Shown here one piece after another: positions 21,718-30,300 of a DNA stretch of 32,000 bases. This stretch comes from Candidatus Omnitrophota bacterium (lineage in GTDB: Bacteria > Omnitrophota > Gorgyraeia > Zapsychrales > JANLHA01): positions 750,001 through 782,000 of the forward strand of contig OY759724.1 in NCBI GenBank assembly GCA_963662715.1, given 5' to 3'. The position numbers and the translations under genes are program-made. Under the pieces are notes generated by a model. It saw only the letters and a list, made by a program, of their open reading frames with translations. It ran no database searches and was not told the DNA's origin. Positions within the stretch are counted from its first letter, which is position 1; each line of letters opens with the position of its first letter.

Positions 21718-22716
21718 CTACGGCATATCCACACCGTCTAAAATTCTGTCCACCAGATTCTCGGCCGTTATGTTCAGCCCGCGGGCCTGGTAACTTTCGA
21801 TTAACCGATGGCTCAGAACATCCCGGGCCACAGCTCTGATGTCCTGCGGCCGCACATAAGCCCGGCCCTGAACCAAGGCGTAGGCCCGGCTGGCCACGGA
21901 AAGATGTATGCCGGCCCTCGGTGAAACACCGTATTTAATAAGCCCGACTAAATCATTCATCCCGAACTTATCCGGCTGGCGGGTTGCTTCAACAATATCC
22001 AAGATATAATCCTGCACCTTTTTTTCGATATGTATGCGGTCTACAAGGGTTCTGAGCCGCAGGATATGTTCAGGGTCCAGGACGGGATTGACGTCGAATT
22101 TGACATCGGTAAAAGCCATGCGCTGCAGGATCAACGCTTCTTCCTCCCGTGTCGGATAAGTCATCGACACCTTCAACATAAACCGGTCCAATTGAGATTC
22201 GGGCAAGGGATAAGTCCCGTCCTGCTCTATCATGTTCTGGGTGGCGAGGACTAAAAACGGCTCTGTTAATGCATAAGAGGCATCCCCGATCGTGACCTGC
22301 CGCTCCTGCATGGCTTCCAGCAGCGCGCTCTGGACTTTGGCCGGGGCACGGTTAATTTCATCCGCTAAAACAATGTTGGCGAACACGGGCCCTTTTTTAA
22401 CATAAAAAGACGCCGTACGCTGGTCGTACACCGGGGCCCCGGTTAAATCCGCCGGGAGCATGTCAGGGGTAAACTGAATACGGCTGAACTGCAGCTGCAC
22501 GGCCATGGCGAACGTTTTTACGGCCAGGGTTTTCGCCAGGCCGGGCACGCCTTCGATGAGGATATGCCCTCCGGCGAGCATCCCCAGAAGAATACGCTCA
22601 ATCAGGTCCTTCTGCCCGACAATAACATTTTCTATCTGCTGAAAGAATTCTCCGAATTTCCGAGACTCGTGCTGGATTTCTTTTTCTAACTCTTTCATCG
22701 TAGATTCTTTCATCAT
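21718..22716 (-). CDS. MoxR-family AAA+ ATPase
   Basis: The sequence reads VGQKDLIERILLGMLAGGHILIEGVPGLAKT (MoxR Walker A, GxPGxAKT), then LADEINRAPAKVQSALLEAMQE (Walker B/sensor region), then ATQNMIEQDGTYPLPESQLDRF. The size (332 aa) fits. Confidence 0.9.
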   Translation of the reverse strand: MMKESTMKELEKEIQHESRKFGEFFQQIENVIVGQKDLIERILLGMLAGGHILIEGVPGLAKTLAVKTFAMAVQLQFSRIQFTPDMLPADLTGAPVYDQRTASFYVKKGPVFANIVLADEINRAPAKVQSALLEAMQERQVTIGDASYALTEPFLVLATQNMIEQDGTYPLPESQLDRFMLKVSMTYPTREEEALILQRMAFTDVKFDVNPVLDPEHILRLRTLVDRIHIEKKVQDYILDIVEATRQPDKFGMNDLVGLIKYGVSPRAGIHLSVASRAYALVQGRAYVRPQDIRAVARDVLSHRLIESYQARGLNITAENLVDRILDGVDMP

Positions 22717-22740
22717 ATATCCCCTCTCCTGTTTTCTTCC

Positions 22741-25700
22741 TTACCAGTAAAAAATCCGGTTTTCATCTCCGGCCAGCGTTTCAACCAGATTTTTTTCACT
22801 CATCTTAGCACCGACCATAAAAATATTCATCTTTTTTTCACGAAGAGGACTCATCCGGATCTCCTGCTCCGTTCTCTGCATAAAGTCCGTCAACGCGACC
22901 TGCTGTAAGAAAACATCATTTTCTTCAGACGTATAAAAATCCAATCCGGAGATATCCAGCGTCATATGCCCGGCGATGCTTTGTTCATATCTTTCTTTGA
23001 TCTTCGTCAAAATTTTCTCGGAAAAAGACAAACAGTCTCTATCGGCAGAAAGACGTACGGGATATTCATGCAACGTTCCCGTGGGGTCAATCAAAATCAG
23101 TCTCTCTAACACCGTTTCGGAACGGAACAGATGGAACATTTTGACCGAACGGGCAAAGTCCCTGGCCCAAAGCCTTCGGCCCTCTTCATAATGCAAACCC
23201 CTCATATCCAGCCACAGGGCGACGCGGGCCCCGTAAGGATTGCTGAAGCGTCTGACCATGGGAACGGATGTGGCATAGCGCGCCGTGGCCTTCCAATCAA
23301 TGTGCCGGATATCGTCTCCCGACATATACTGCTCAAGCCGGTCAAACTCCACGCTCGTTTCATTGTTTTCCGGGATTTTGTCTCTCAGAAAATTAAAATT
23401 CATATGGGTCACCCGGGATTCCTGGAGGAGAAAGTCAAAAACCAGGGGTTTGACCCTGTCCAGGACATTGTCTCCTCGCGCCTTGGGGGCATTCTTCTGC
23501 GGCGGGGTATAAGTGTAAAAGATCTTTTTAAAACGGCTGTATAAAGACGGACAGGACGCTGTTTCCCGGATTTGAGTCAGCATAGACGCGATACTGTCAT
23601 TATATTCTTCCCGCAGATGAAAATATTTCTGCACCGGCCATATCCATAAAGCACGGCCCAGGTAAGGCCCCAAGAACGGCAGAAAAAACAACAGGTCATG
23701 CGCCTTGTTAACGACAGCTGATTTCTGCGGATTCAAGGGCGCCAGGAAAAGACAAACATCAAAAATAAACCGTTCTTTATCGCTGGCGGTTGATTTAAAC
23801 GCGCAAATATCCTTTTTAAGCTGAGGGTCTATCTGCCCTTTGGCAAGATAAACGCGTTTCAAAAGTTTCCTTTCCCGCTGTTCGGCTCCGAAGCTGTAGC
23901 CTTTGGCCCAGGGATTGTTGTTATAAATGCGGTCGATAATACTGGCCGGATCCCGGCCGTAAAACCTGCGTTTTCTATACGGAGCTCCCAGGGTATGAAT
24001 AAAGAATGCCGATAAGTTGAAAAAGATGAAGACAAAAACAGCTGCCGCGATGGATTCCGCGCTGGTAGCCTGGGGCAGGTGTTCGGAACGATAAAAAATC
24101 AAGCTGAGGGCATTGCGCAAAAATGACCACAAATGAAAGCCCCCTCCAACGCTGTCGGCTGTCCCGTCAAAAATAAAACGGGGTCCGCTTCTGGGGCCGA
24201 CCAAACCCACGCCGCCCAGGATATAACCCCGCTGTGCGATTCTGTGATCCGTTCCGTAAATGACTTCCTGAAAATTTGACATGACGGACATGTACCGGCC
24301 CGGCTCGGCCGTGGACAAATATTTCTCCGGTTCGCGATAAAGAAGATACGCCACTTCATGAAGAACATCATTGTCCATTTTTTGGATGTCGGCGGCGATA
24401 CGCCGGATGCGGTCTTTTTCAAAACGGTTGGAGATCAAAGGAGCTTTCCGGCCGGGGTTCTGCTCTGACAAATAAATGGACAGCCCGTTAAGAATCCCCT
24501 TGGAAGCTTGAGAATAATGGTCGAATTCATCCCCTTTTAAGGTTTCGGCCACCAGTCTCTGAGAGATGTACTCCTTCCGGTCACCGGCCCATAAAACCGG
24601 GGCCAGCATAGAATTCAATTCAATATTTTCGGGTAACGGCTTATTTTCAAAACGAAAACGCAGGTGATCAACGACGTGTCCCGTTTCATGAAAGGCCGTC
24701 CATTCCACGTGAGAAGTCATCCGGCGGAAAACAATGGCAAATTCACCTTCAAAGTATCCTGCCCGGTCAAGAAAAGGATACTCCTCTCCTTCCACGACAT
24801 AAGAAACAGCCGGCCACAACTCTGATCTTTTAACCTTCTCCCTATCCATTCCCAGACGCTGAAACGCCTCTTCAGCAAAAACGTACCGTTTTAAGATCGG
24901 TTCCGAGAACAAAAAAAGATAAGGAACGTCCTCTTCCAAAATAATAAAGGTAAAAGGAAAAACATTATAAGAGATAAATGCTCTTCTCAGATCCAGAAGT
25001 TCATTTCTTAAAGCCCCTTCCTGTATGGTCTGCTGCCCGAACAGCGTGATGATATTGCCGATAGAACGCGCGATACGTCCGTCAAGATAATAAGCCGCTT
25101 CCACGACATCGTTCTTCAGCTGGGCATCCAGGTTCCAGTCTGCCATCAGCAGAAAAAAACCTTTGAGGATATGCCGGCAGAAAAAGAGGAACCCTTCCCG
25201 GGAACGGTAAAGCCTTTTAGCGTAAAAAACGCGAAGATTATGTCTTATCTGCTCCGGAGAATAAGTTTCCCCGATAGCTGCGACCCGGGTTTTGAAGTAT
25301 CCTTCTTTTTCTTTATCGGCGAGGGATTCGGCATCAAATTTGAAAATCTTTTTTAGCTCAAAAACAAAAACCCGCCATAACCGGTTATCCGCATCCGTCC
25401 GCTCCAGGGCGGCCAAACAGAGTCCGGACAACACAAAAGCCAGAACCAAAGCCGCCGTTAAATTTCGAAATCTTTTCCGCTGGCCGGCCCGGACAAACCG
25501 GACAAAAGGATCGACGGTACGCCGGTACATATCCTTAAGCTGGTCGGAAAAAGGATAATACCCGTGCAGCCAGTCTTCCAGTCGGATAAGCCAGGCGCTT
25601 TTCCCGGAGCCTTCCTCCCTGAAATCTTCGGGAACGGCGGCCGTTAAAGTTTTCTGAGCTTCTATGAAAAGCCCGGTCATGGCTTCCTGGGCCATAGTGA

Positions 25701-26316
25701 TCTGAAAACGGTTACGCAGGTTATAATGACTTTCCGTGAGGATAAAACGCAAATACCGGTAAATATGACCGCATAACTTATGATAAACAACCCGCCAGGG
25801 GCTGGTGTTGGCCGGGATGCGGTCCAATTGCCGTTTAAGAAGATATATTTCGCGTTCCCGTGCCTCGGGCCACAGGCCTTTTTTAGCTTTATCTTCCAGG
25901 TCCTTCCAAAGATCGCTGGCCTCTTTTTCAACACGGTGACGTTCTTTATCGTGCCGTTTTCCCGGCTGTTTCCCGGGCAGATTTTCTTCGGCGGGCCAGC
26001 GCAGATCGGCATAAAACGCGATCCATCGCCTGGTTTTAAAATAAATAGCATCAATCTGTGACAAATATTTCAGAAAAAACGGCTGTAATTGCGGCTTGTC
26101 CGCCGGGGTATGTTTCTGTAACGACAGAATATATGCCCTCAGGCGGTGATGGGATAATTCCACCTGCCGGTCGATAGATAAAATACTTAATGTATCTGCT
26201 TTGGGATGGCGGATGCTTTTTCGATAGGCATCTTCTAATCTGCGGATATGCTTAAGAGGCTCTTCGCTCAAATTCTCGGAGAGAGCGAAAAATTTTTTAA
26301 TAAAAGAAAAAGTCAT
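22741..26316 (-). CDS. Large (1191 aa) membrane protein: N-terminal region with HExxH motif fused to a C-terminal DUF58 domain
   Basis: The DUF58 signature YMSGDDIRHIDWKATAR lies at about nt 23280..23320. HETGH lies at nt 24676..24690 in the context EWTAFHETGHVVDH. Hydrophobic helices LTAALVLAFVLSGLCLAAL and AAAVFVFIFFNLSAFFIHTL are present. The stop is 24 nt before the MoxR start. Confidence 0.85.
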   Translation of the reverse strand: MTFSFIKKFFALSENLSEEPLKHIRRLEDAYRKSIRHPKADTLSILSIDRQVELSHHRLRAYILSLQKHTPADKPQLQPFFLKYLSQIDAIYFKTRRWIAFYADLRWPAEENLPGKQPGKRHDKERHRVEKEASDLWKDLEDKAKKGLWPEAREREIYLLKRQLDRIPANTSPWRVVYHKLCGHIYRYLRFILTESHYNLRNRFQITMAQEAMTGLFIEAQKTLTAAVPEDFREEGSGKSAWLIRLEDWLHGYYPFSDQLKDMYRRTVDPFVRFVRAGQRKRFRNLTAALVLAFVLSGLCLAALERTDADNRLWRVFVFELKKIFKFDAESLADKEKEGYFKTRVAAIGETYSPEQIRHNLRVFYAKRLYRSREGFLFFCRHILKGFFLLMADWNLDAQLKNDVVEAAYYLDGRIARSIGNIITLFGQQTIQEGALRNELLDLRRAFISYNVFPFTFIILEEDVPYLFLFSEPILKRYVFAEEAFQRLGMDREKVKRSELWPAVSYVVEGEEYPFLDRAGYFEGEFAIVFRRMTSHVEWTAFHETGHVVDHLRFRFENKPLPENIELNSMLAPVLWAGDRKEYISQRLVAETLKGDEFDHYSQASKGILNGLSIYLSEQNPGRKAPLISNRFEKDRIRRIAADIQKMDNDVLHEVAYLLYREPEKYLSTAEPGRYMSVMSNFQEVIYGTDHRIAQRGYILGGVGLVGPRSGPRFIFDGTADSVGGGFHLWSFLRNALSLIFYRSEHLPQATSAESIAAAVFVFIFFNLSAFFIHTLGAPYRKRRFYGRDPASIIDRIYNNNPWAKGYSFGAEQRERKLLKRVYLAKGQIDPQLKKDICAFKSTASDKERFIFDVCLFLAPLNPQKSAVVNKAHDLLFFLPFLGPYLGRALWIWPVQKYFHLREEYNDSIASMLTQIRETASCPSLYSRFKKIFYTYTPPQKNAPKARGDNVLDRVKPLVFDFLLQESRVTHMNFNFLRDKIPENNETSVEFDRLEQYMSGDDIRHIDWKATARYATSVPMVRRFSNPYGARVALWLDMRGLHYEEGRRLWARDFARSVKMFHLFRSETVLERLILIDPTGTLHEYPVRLSADRDCLSFSEKILTKIKERYEQSIAGHMTLDISGLDFYTSEENDVFLQQVALTDFMQRTEQEIRMSPLREKKMNIFMVGAKMSEKNLVETLAGDENRIFYW

Positions 26317-26442
26317 GGGGTCGGGGTGTCTTTAACAGTAAAAACATATGACCTGTTCGGCTACTTGTCATTATAATCGTTATAAGGACTTAGGAAAGCA
26401 TTATTTATTGTTCCCTTGAAACGTCATGGCCGGATTCACATA

Positions 26443-26494
26443 CAAAACGGGGCCGTAAGAAGCAGCGCTCAGCCACCTTCTTCCTCCGGCCCCG
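26443..26494 (-). terminator. Candidate terminator hairpin after the 44-aa ORF
   Basis: The minus strand reads GGGGCCG-GAG-GAAGAAG...CUUCUU-A-CGGCCCC followed by GUUUUGU. The outer stem pairs 26488..26494 with 26449..26455. Confidence 0.45.
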
Positions 26495-26510
26495 GATATT
26501 TTTTCTGTTC

Positions 26511-26645
26511 CTATCCCCTTACCGGGGTGGAAGAAACGACAAATGAACTTCCATAGGAATCCGTGACTTCCAGTATTTCAAATAAATTCCCGAACCAGAT
26601 AGCCACAAGAAACAAAGGAATAAATATGTAAGCTGTTCTTTTCAT
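26511..26645 (-). CDS. Candidate 44-aa hydrophobic peptide (below the ORF-track size cut-off)
   Basis: My own translation is MKRTAYIFIPLFLVAIWFGNLFEILEVTDSYGSSFVVSSTPVRG, ending at stop TAG (26513..26511). It is preceded by the strong SD GAGAGGAGAAAAGA-ATG. It has one N-terminal TM-like helix, and a hairpin terminator follows. Confidence 0.4.
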   Translation of the reverse strand: MKRTAYIFIPLFLVAIWFGNLFEILEVTDSYGSSFVVSSTPVRG

Positions 26646-26858
26646 TCTTTTCTCCTCTCTCGAATCCCTTCTTCAGGTATTCACCTTATTGCCCCTTTAA
26701 TGTCTTTACTTGTGATTTAGTCGGGAATACAGGGACTTGCTTACATGGAAATCATCACGCCGTTACGGGAATAATGCAAATTATTGACATATAGCATATT
26801 AGAATCATAGAAATCGGGCACAAGGGAAGGATTGTTGGAAGCTTTCTGCGTCCTGATG

Positions 26859-27083
26859 TTAAATAATACTCCCGAAGGGGTTCCGGGGGCCGAGATTAAC
26901 GGCTCGCAGAAACGAAGGAAGTTTTCTGGCGGGGATAATAATTTCCGTGACCTTTTCTCTTGTCACGTCTTCAAAAATCATCTTTAAACCAACCTGGCCT
27001 TCATCATCACTGAAATGTTTGGCATAAAGGCTGTAATTCGCTCCGCAATCGCTCCATTCAATGAGTTCATTAATTCTGGCCAT
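26859..27083 (-). CDS. Hypothetical 74-aa soluble protein
   Basis: The ORF has a GGAG SD 5 nt upstream of its ATG. A perfect consensus promoter lies about 45 nt upstream of the ATG. I recognise no family. Confidence 0.6.
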   Translation of the reverse strand: MARINELIEWSDCGANYSLYAKHFSDDEGQVGLKMIFEDVTREKVTEIIIPARKLPSFLRAVNLGPRNPFGSII

Positions 27084-27126
27084 ATGATCGCTCCAATGTT
27101 TTATGGTTGAGTTGGCTTTGGAAGGA

Positions 27127-27155
27127 ATTATATTATTCCGCCATTTTCATGTCAA
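27127..27155 (-). promoter_or_regulatory. Perfect consensus sigma70 promoter (TTGACA-17-TATAAT)
   Basis: The minus strand reads TTGACA (27155..27150), then the 17-nt spacer tgaaaatggcggaataa, then TATAAT (27132..27127). It lies directly upstream of the 74-aa ORF and downstream of the giant-gene terminator. Confidence 0.65.
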
Positions 27156-27216
27156 GCGCAGATGATATAGATATCCACCGGCTCACGCCAGCGACTTTTA
27201 CACACCCATAAAAACT

Positions 27217-27253
27217 GAAAAAAGAGAGCCTCAAAAGGGGCCCTCTTTTTTTC
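27217..27253. terminator. Bidirectional rho-independent terminator after the giant gene
   Basis: The stem pairs AGAGAGCCUC (27223..27232) with GGGGCCCUCU (27237..27246), with one mismatch and one G-U pair, and an AAAA loop. An A-run (27218..27223) and a T-run (27246..27252) flank it. It lies about 60 nt downstream of the stop at 27311. Confidence 0.65.
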
Positions 27254-27310
27254 AATATTTTCTAAGATGAAACATTTATATTCTGCAGGAAGGGATAAAA
27301 ATCCTGCAAA

Positions 27311-30300
27311 TCAGAAAACATCCTGCTTGGCGCCGGCGTCTAACGATGACAGCTGATCTTCATCGCCGGGCTCAACGTCCGAATCCGAACCGAATAACAG
27401 CGGGAGGTTGGGAACAGGGGTGATATTAATAATAACAGGTAAAAATCCTCCGATATCCATCTGCTGAACAGGCTGCTGCGGCAGAGGCAAAGGAACGCCT
27501 TCCCCGTCACGCTTGATCTGCAGATCCAACAGTTGAGGATTAAGATTGATACCTCCATACTGCCCGTTATCAACAACCTCTTCCGTTATCGCCGATTGAA
27601 ACAGGGGTGACGATGCAACCGCTTGCTGAATGATCTCCTGGCTAGGCAGATAAAGATCTCTGCCGTCGGACAATTCCGGCCTTCTCAGCTTCTCGACATT
27701 ACCGTCAGCAGCGAACAAATTTTTCATAACTTCATTCCATTTGGCTATATCCTGCTCAGACATGTCACGGACCGGCTCCAGCAGACGATCAACTTCAGCC
27801 AGCAATCCCTTTTCCCGGCTTAATTCCAGGAAAACCTCTTGGAGAGCTTCTTCCGGATTAGCCGAATGCACCGCATCTTCAAAAATGGTTTCCGTGCCCC
27901 AGGCCTGGTAAAGAGCCGTCTCAATATCCCCCTCGACTAAATTATCATAAATAGTTTTTAAAGGTTCCAGACCTTCTCTCCCGAGTAAATCTTCAAGATG
28001 ATGGATCAGGTCCCCCCGTCTGTTATAAGCCGTGCCGTTGTTGGAGTGATGCGCAATCACTCTGCGCAGCTGCTCGCCGCTCAGCTTAAGCCGTTCATAG
28101 GTCGCAAGGAAATCCGCAACAGAGGGCTCACTGCTCGCGATATTCTGAACGCCCTTCTCATTAATATACTGCCAGAAAAAAGGATCTCTGTCTTCCACGG
28201 GTTGATCCAACGCCGTCAATACGGCTTCCTTATGCTCCAGCAAGTCGTTTATCAACCGGGCCCGCTGGGTCTTCATCTTAAGAGCAAGCTGTAACAACTG
28301 CAATTGGGCCCTGGACTGACTCTTTTCCACATCAACTTTAGGGGAGGTCCGCAGGGCATTATACAGAAGCTGTTTACTCTCTGTATTGAACCTGTTGCCC
28401 AATCTTGCCAGTCCGACCAAAAGATTGCCGGCCGACGGGCGCCGGCCTCCGCCTTCCTGCTGGCTTTTCCGGCCGCTATACTTAATCAGATAACCGTTTC
28501 TTATTTCGTATTCCCCGTATTTCAGCCCGCGCAACAATTCATTATGAGTGAGGCCGGTTTTAATGACATCGACTCTCTGCCCGGTGCGCACGTCAATCAC
28601 ATCAAACAGTTCCGGCATCGTCCCGCCCCAGACCCCGAACATAAAAGCGCCGTTGGTAAGGGCCTTCATCATACTTGTCGCAGACGCTTCCAGAAACTCG
28701 TCCGACAACATAATCGTCGCCGCCACCCCGCGGAAAATCAGCGGAGCGTCATAAGGGTTGTAATTTTCAAGAAAGGCAATTTGATCCCCGAGGCCCAGAT
28801 CCTTGACCATGCCTTTCAACTCTTCGAACAGCTGATTGGCTTCGTGCCCAAAGATTCTTCCGCCCAGAGCCAGCCGCATCTTGGAATCCCGGAACTGTTT
28901 AAGCGCTCTGGGGTCCTTTAAAATCCCGAGGATCTCTTTATAAATGTCCGGCCCTTTATAAGGCACCTGCCGGCGAAGGTTCGCCGCAACAGGGTTCTGA
29001 ATTAAAACATCCTTCAATTTCCCGAGTTTCTCATCCAAGGCTCTCCATTGTCCCTCATTCTTAACATCCGCTAAAGCCTGATTAAGCAGGCCCGCATATT
29101 CTTCCCGTAAAGCCCTGACGTCCGTCTGGCTGTCCAGCCCCGATTCCTTGAGGAGCTGGGCAAGCCACTGGGATCCACCCAAATCCTGCGTCTGGTTCTC
29201 CTGTAACCAGAGATAAAGGTCCATCATATACAGCACCTTAATCTGCTCAAACTGGCTCTGAAAACGGGCCAGCTCAGCGGGGTTTTCTTCCAGTTTGTCA
29301 TAAAACTGCACGTCGTCTGTTTGAGCGGTTAAACCCAACGATACTTTGTAATCATCAATGATGCTTCTCAGTTCATGGCCCTGCCACTGGTCAAAAAGGA
29401 CCCCGTTGCTGTTACGCTGCTCTCCCTGATACCATTGCCAAATTTTATGCGCAAGATCAGGAAGCAGATTGTTTCTCAAGACCGGAGTATGTTCATACAC
29501 ACTGACCCCCATAAAAAGATCGACATTTTCCGCGGCATACCTCACGATATCGATAACATCCCGGCCGCCTTCCTTAAAGACAATGGCCTGCCGGTCTTTC
29601 TCCTCAAAACCCATTAACTTAAAGGCATATTCCGGAGGGTTGTACATCGCCGGCTTATAAACACTGTGGTTGATCTCGGCCCTCATGGCTGTTTCCGTGA
29701 CAGGCGGCTGCTCAATCCCAAGCTCGGCGAGATCCATTTGTTCGTTTTTCGGCAAGCTGACGAAAATTTCATTTTCCACCCAGGTGACTTTACTTTTTAT
29801 TCTCCCGTCCGCCTGTAACATCCTGGCGAACCGCTGGGTCGCCTTGTTGTACACAACCATCTGAATGACCCGCCAGTCCTTGGCCGGGGAAATCTCATCA
29901 GAATATATCTCGTCAAAAATATACTGTTTGTTCCCGTCATCATCAAGATAATAGGCGTCTTCATAAAACTCCGGAAGCGTCGTGAAGGAAGACTCCAGTT
30001 CATAAAGATCAACGGTGATCGGGCGCCCCTGCGCCTGCGCCAGCAATTCCTTCATTTTGGCGAATTTTTCATCATCCAATTCAGAAAAAGCTTCCCGGGC
30101 CTCATCTTCTAATCCTTTAAGCACATACTGGCTCTGATCGAGATACCCCATCTGGATCAGACGCGAGGAAAGGGCTTCGGCCAGTCCGCCATCTACGCCA
30201 AGCTGTTCCAGTTCCTGCTTGGAAACAGCTCGGCCGACCAGCTGTTTCGCCTTGTCAAAAACGGCTTTGTTTCTGAAATCCGTATCATTCAACCGTAACG

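Noticed and set aside
26784-26813. A + strand promoter-like TTGACA-18-TAGAAA that would make an RNA antisense to the 74-aa ORF.
   Set aside because: The -10 is weak, there is no + strand gene or terminator to define a product, and TTGACA hexamers also occur by chance inside several CDS here. I note it only as a possible antisense RNA for the small-ORF locus.
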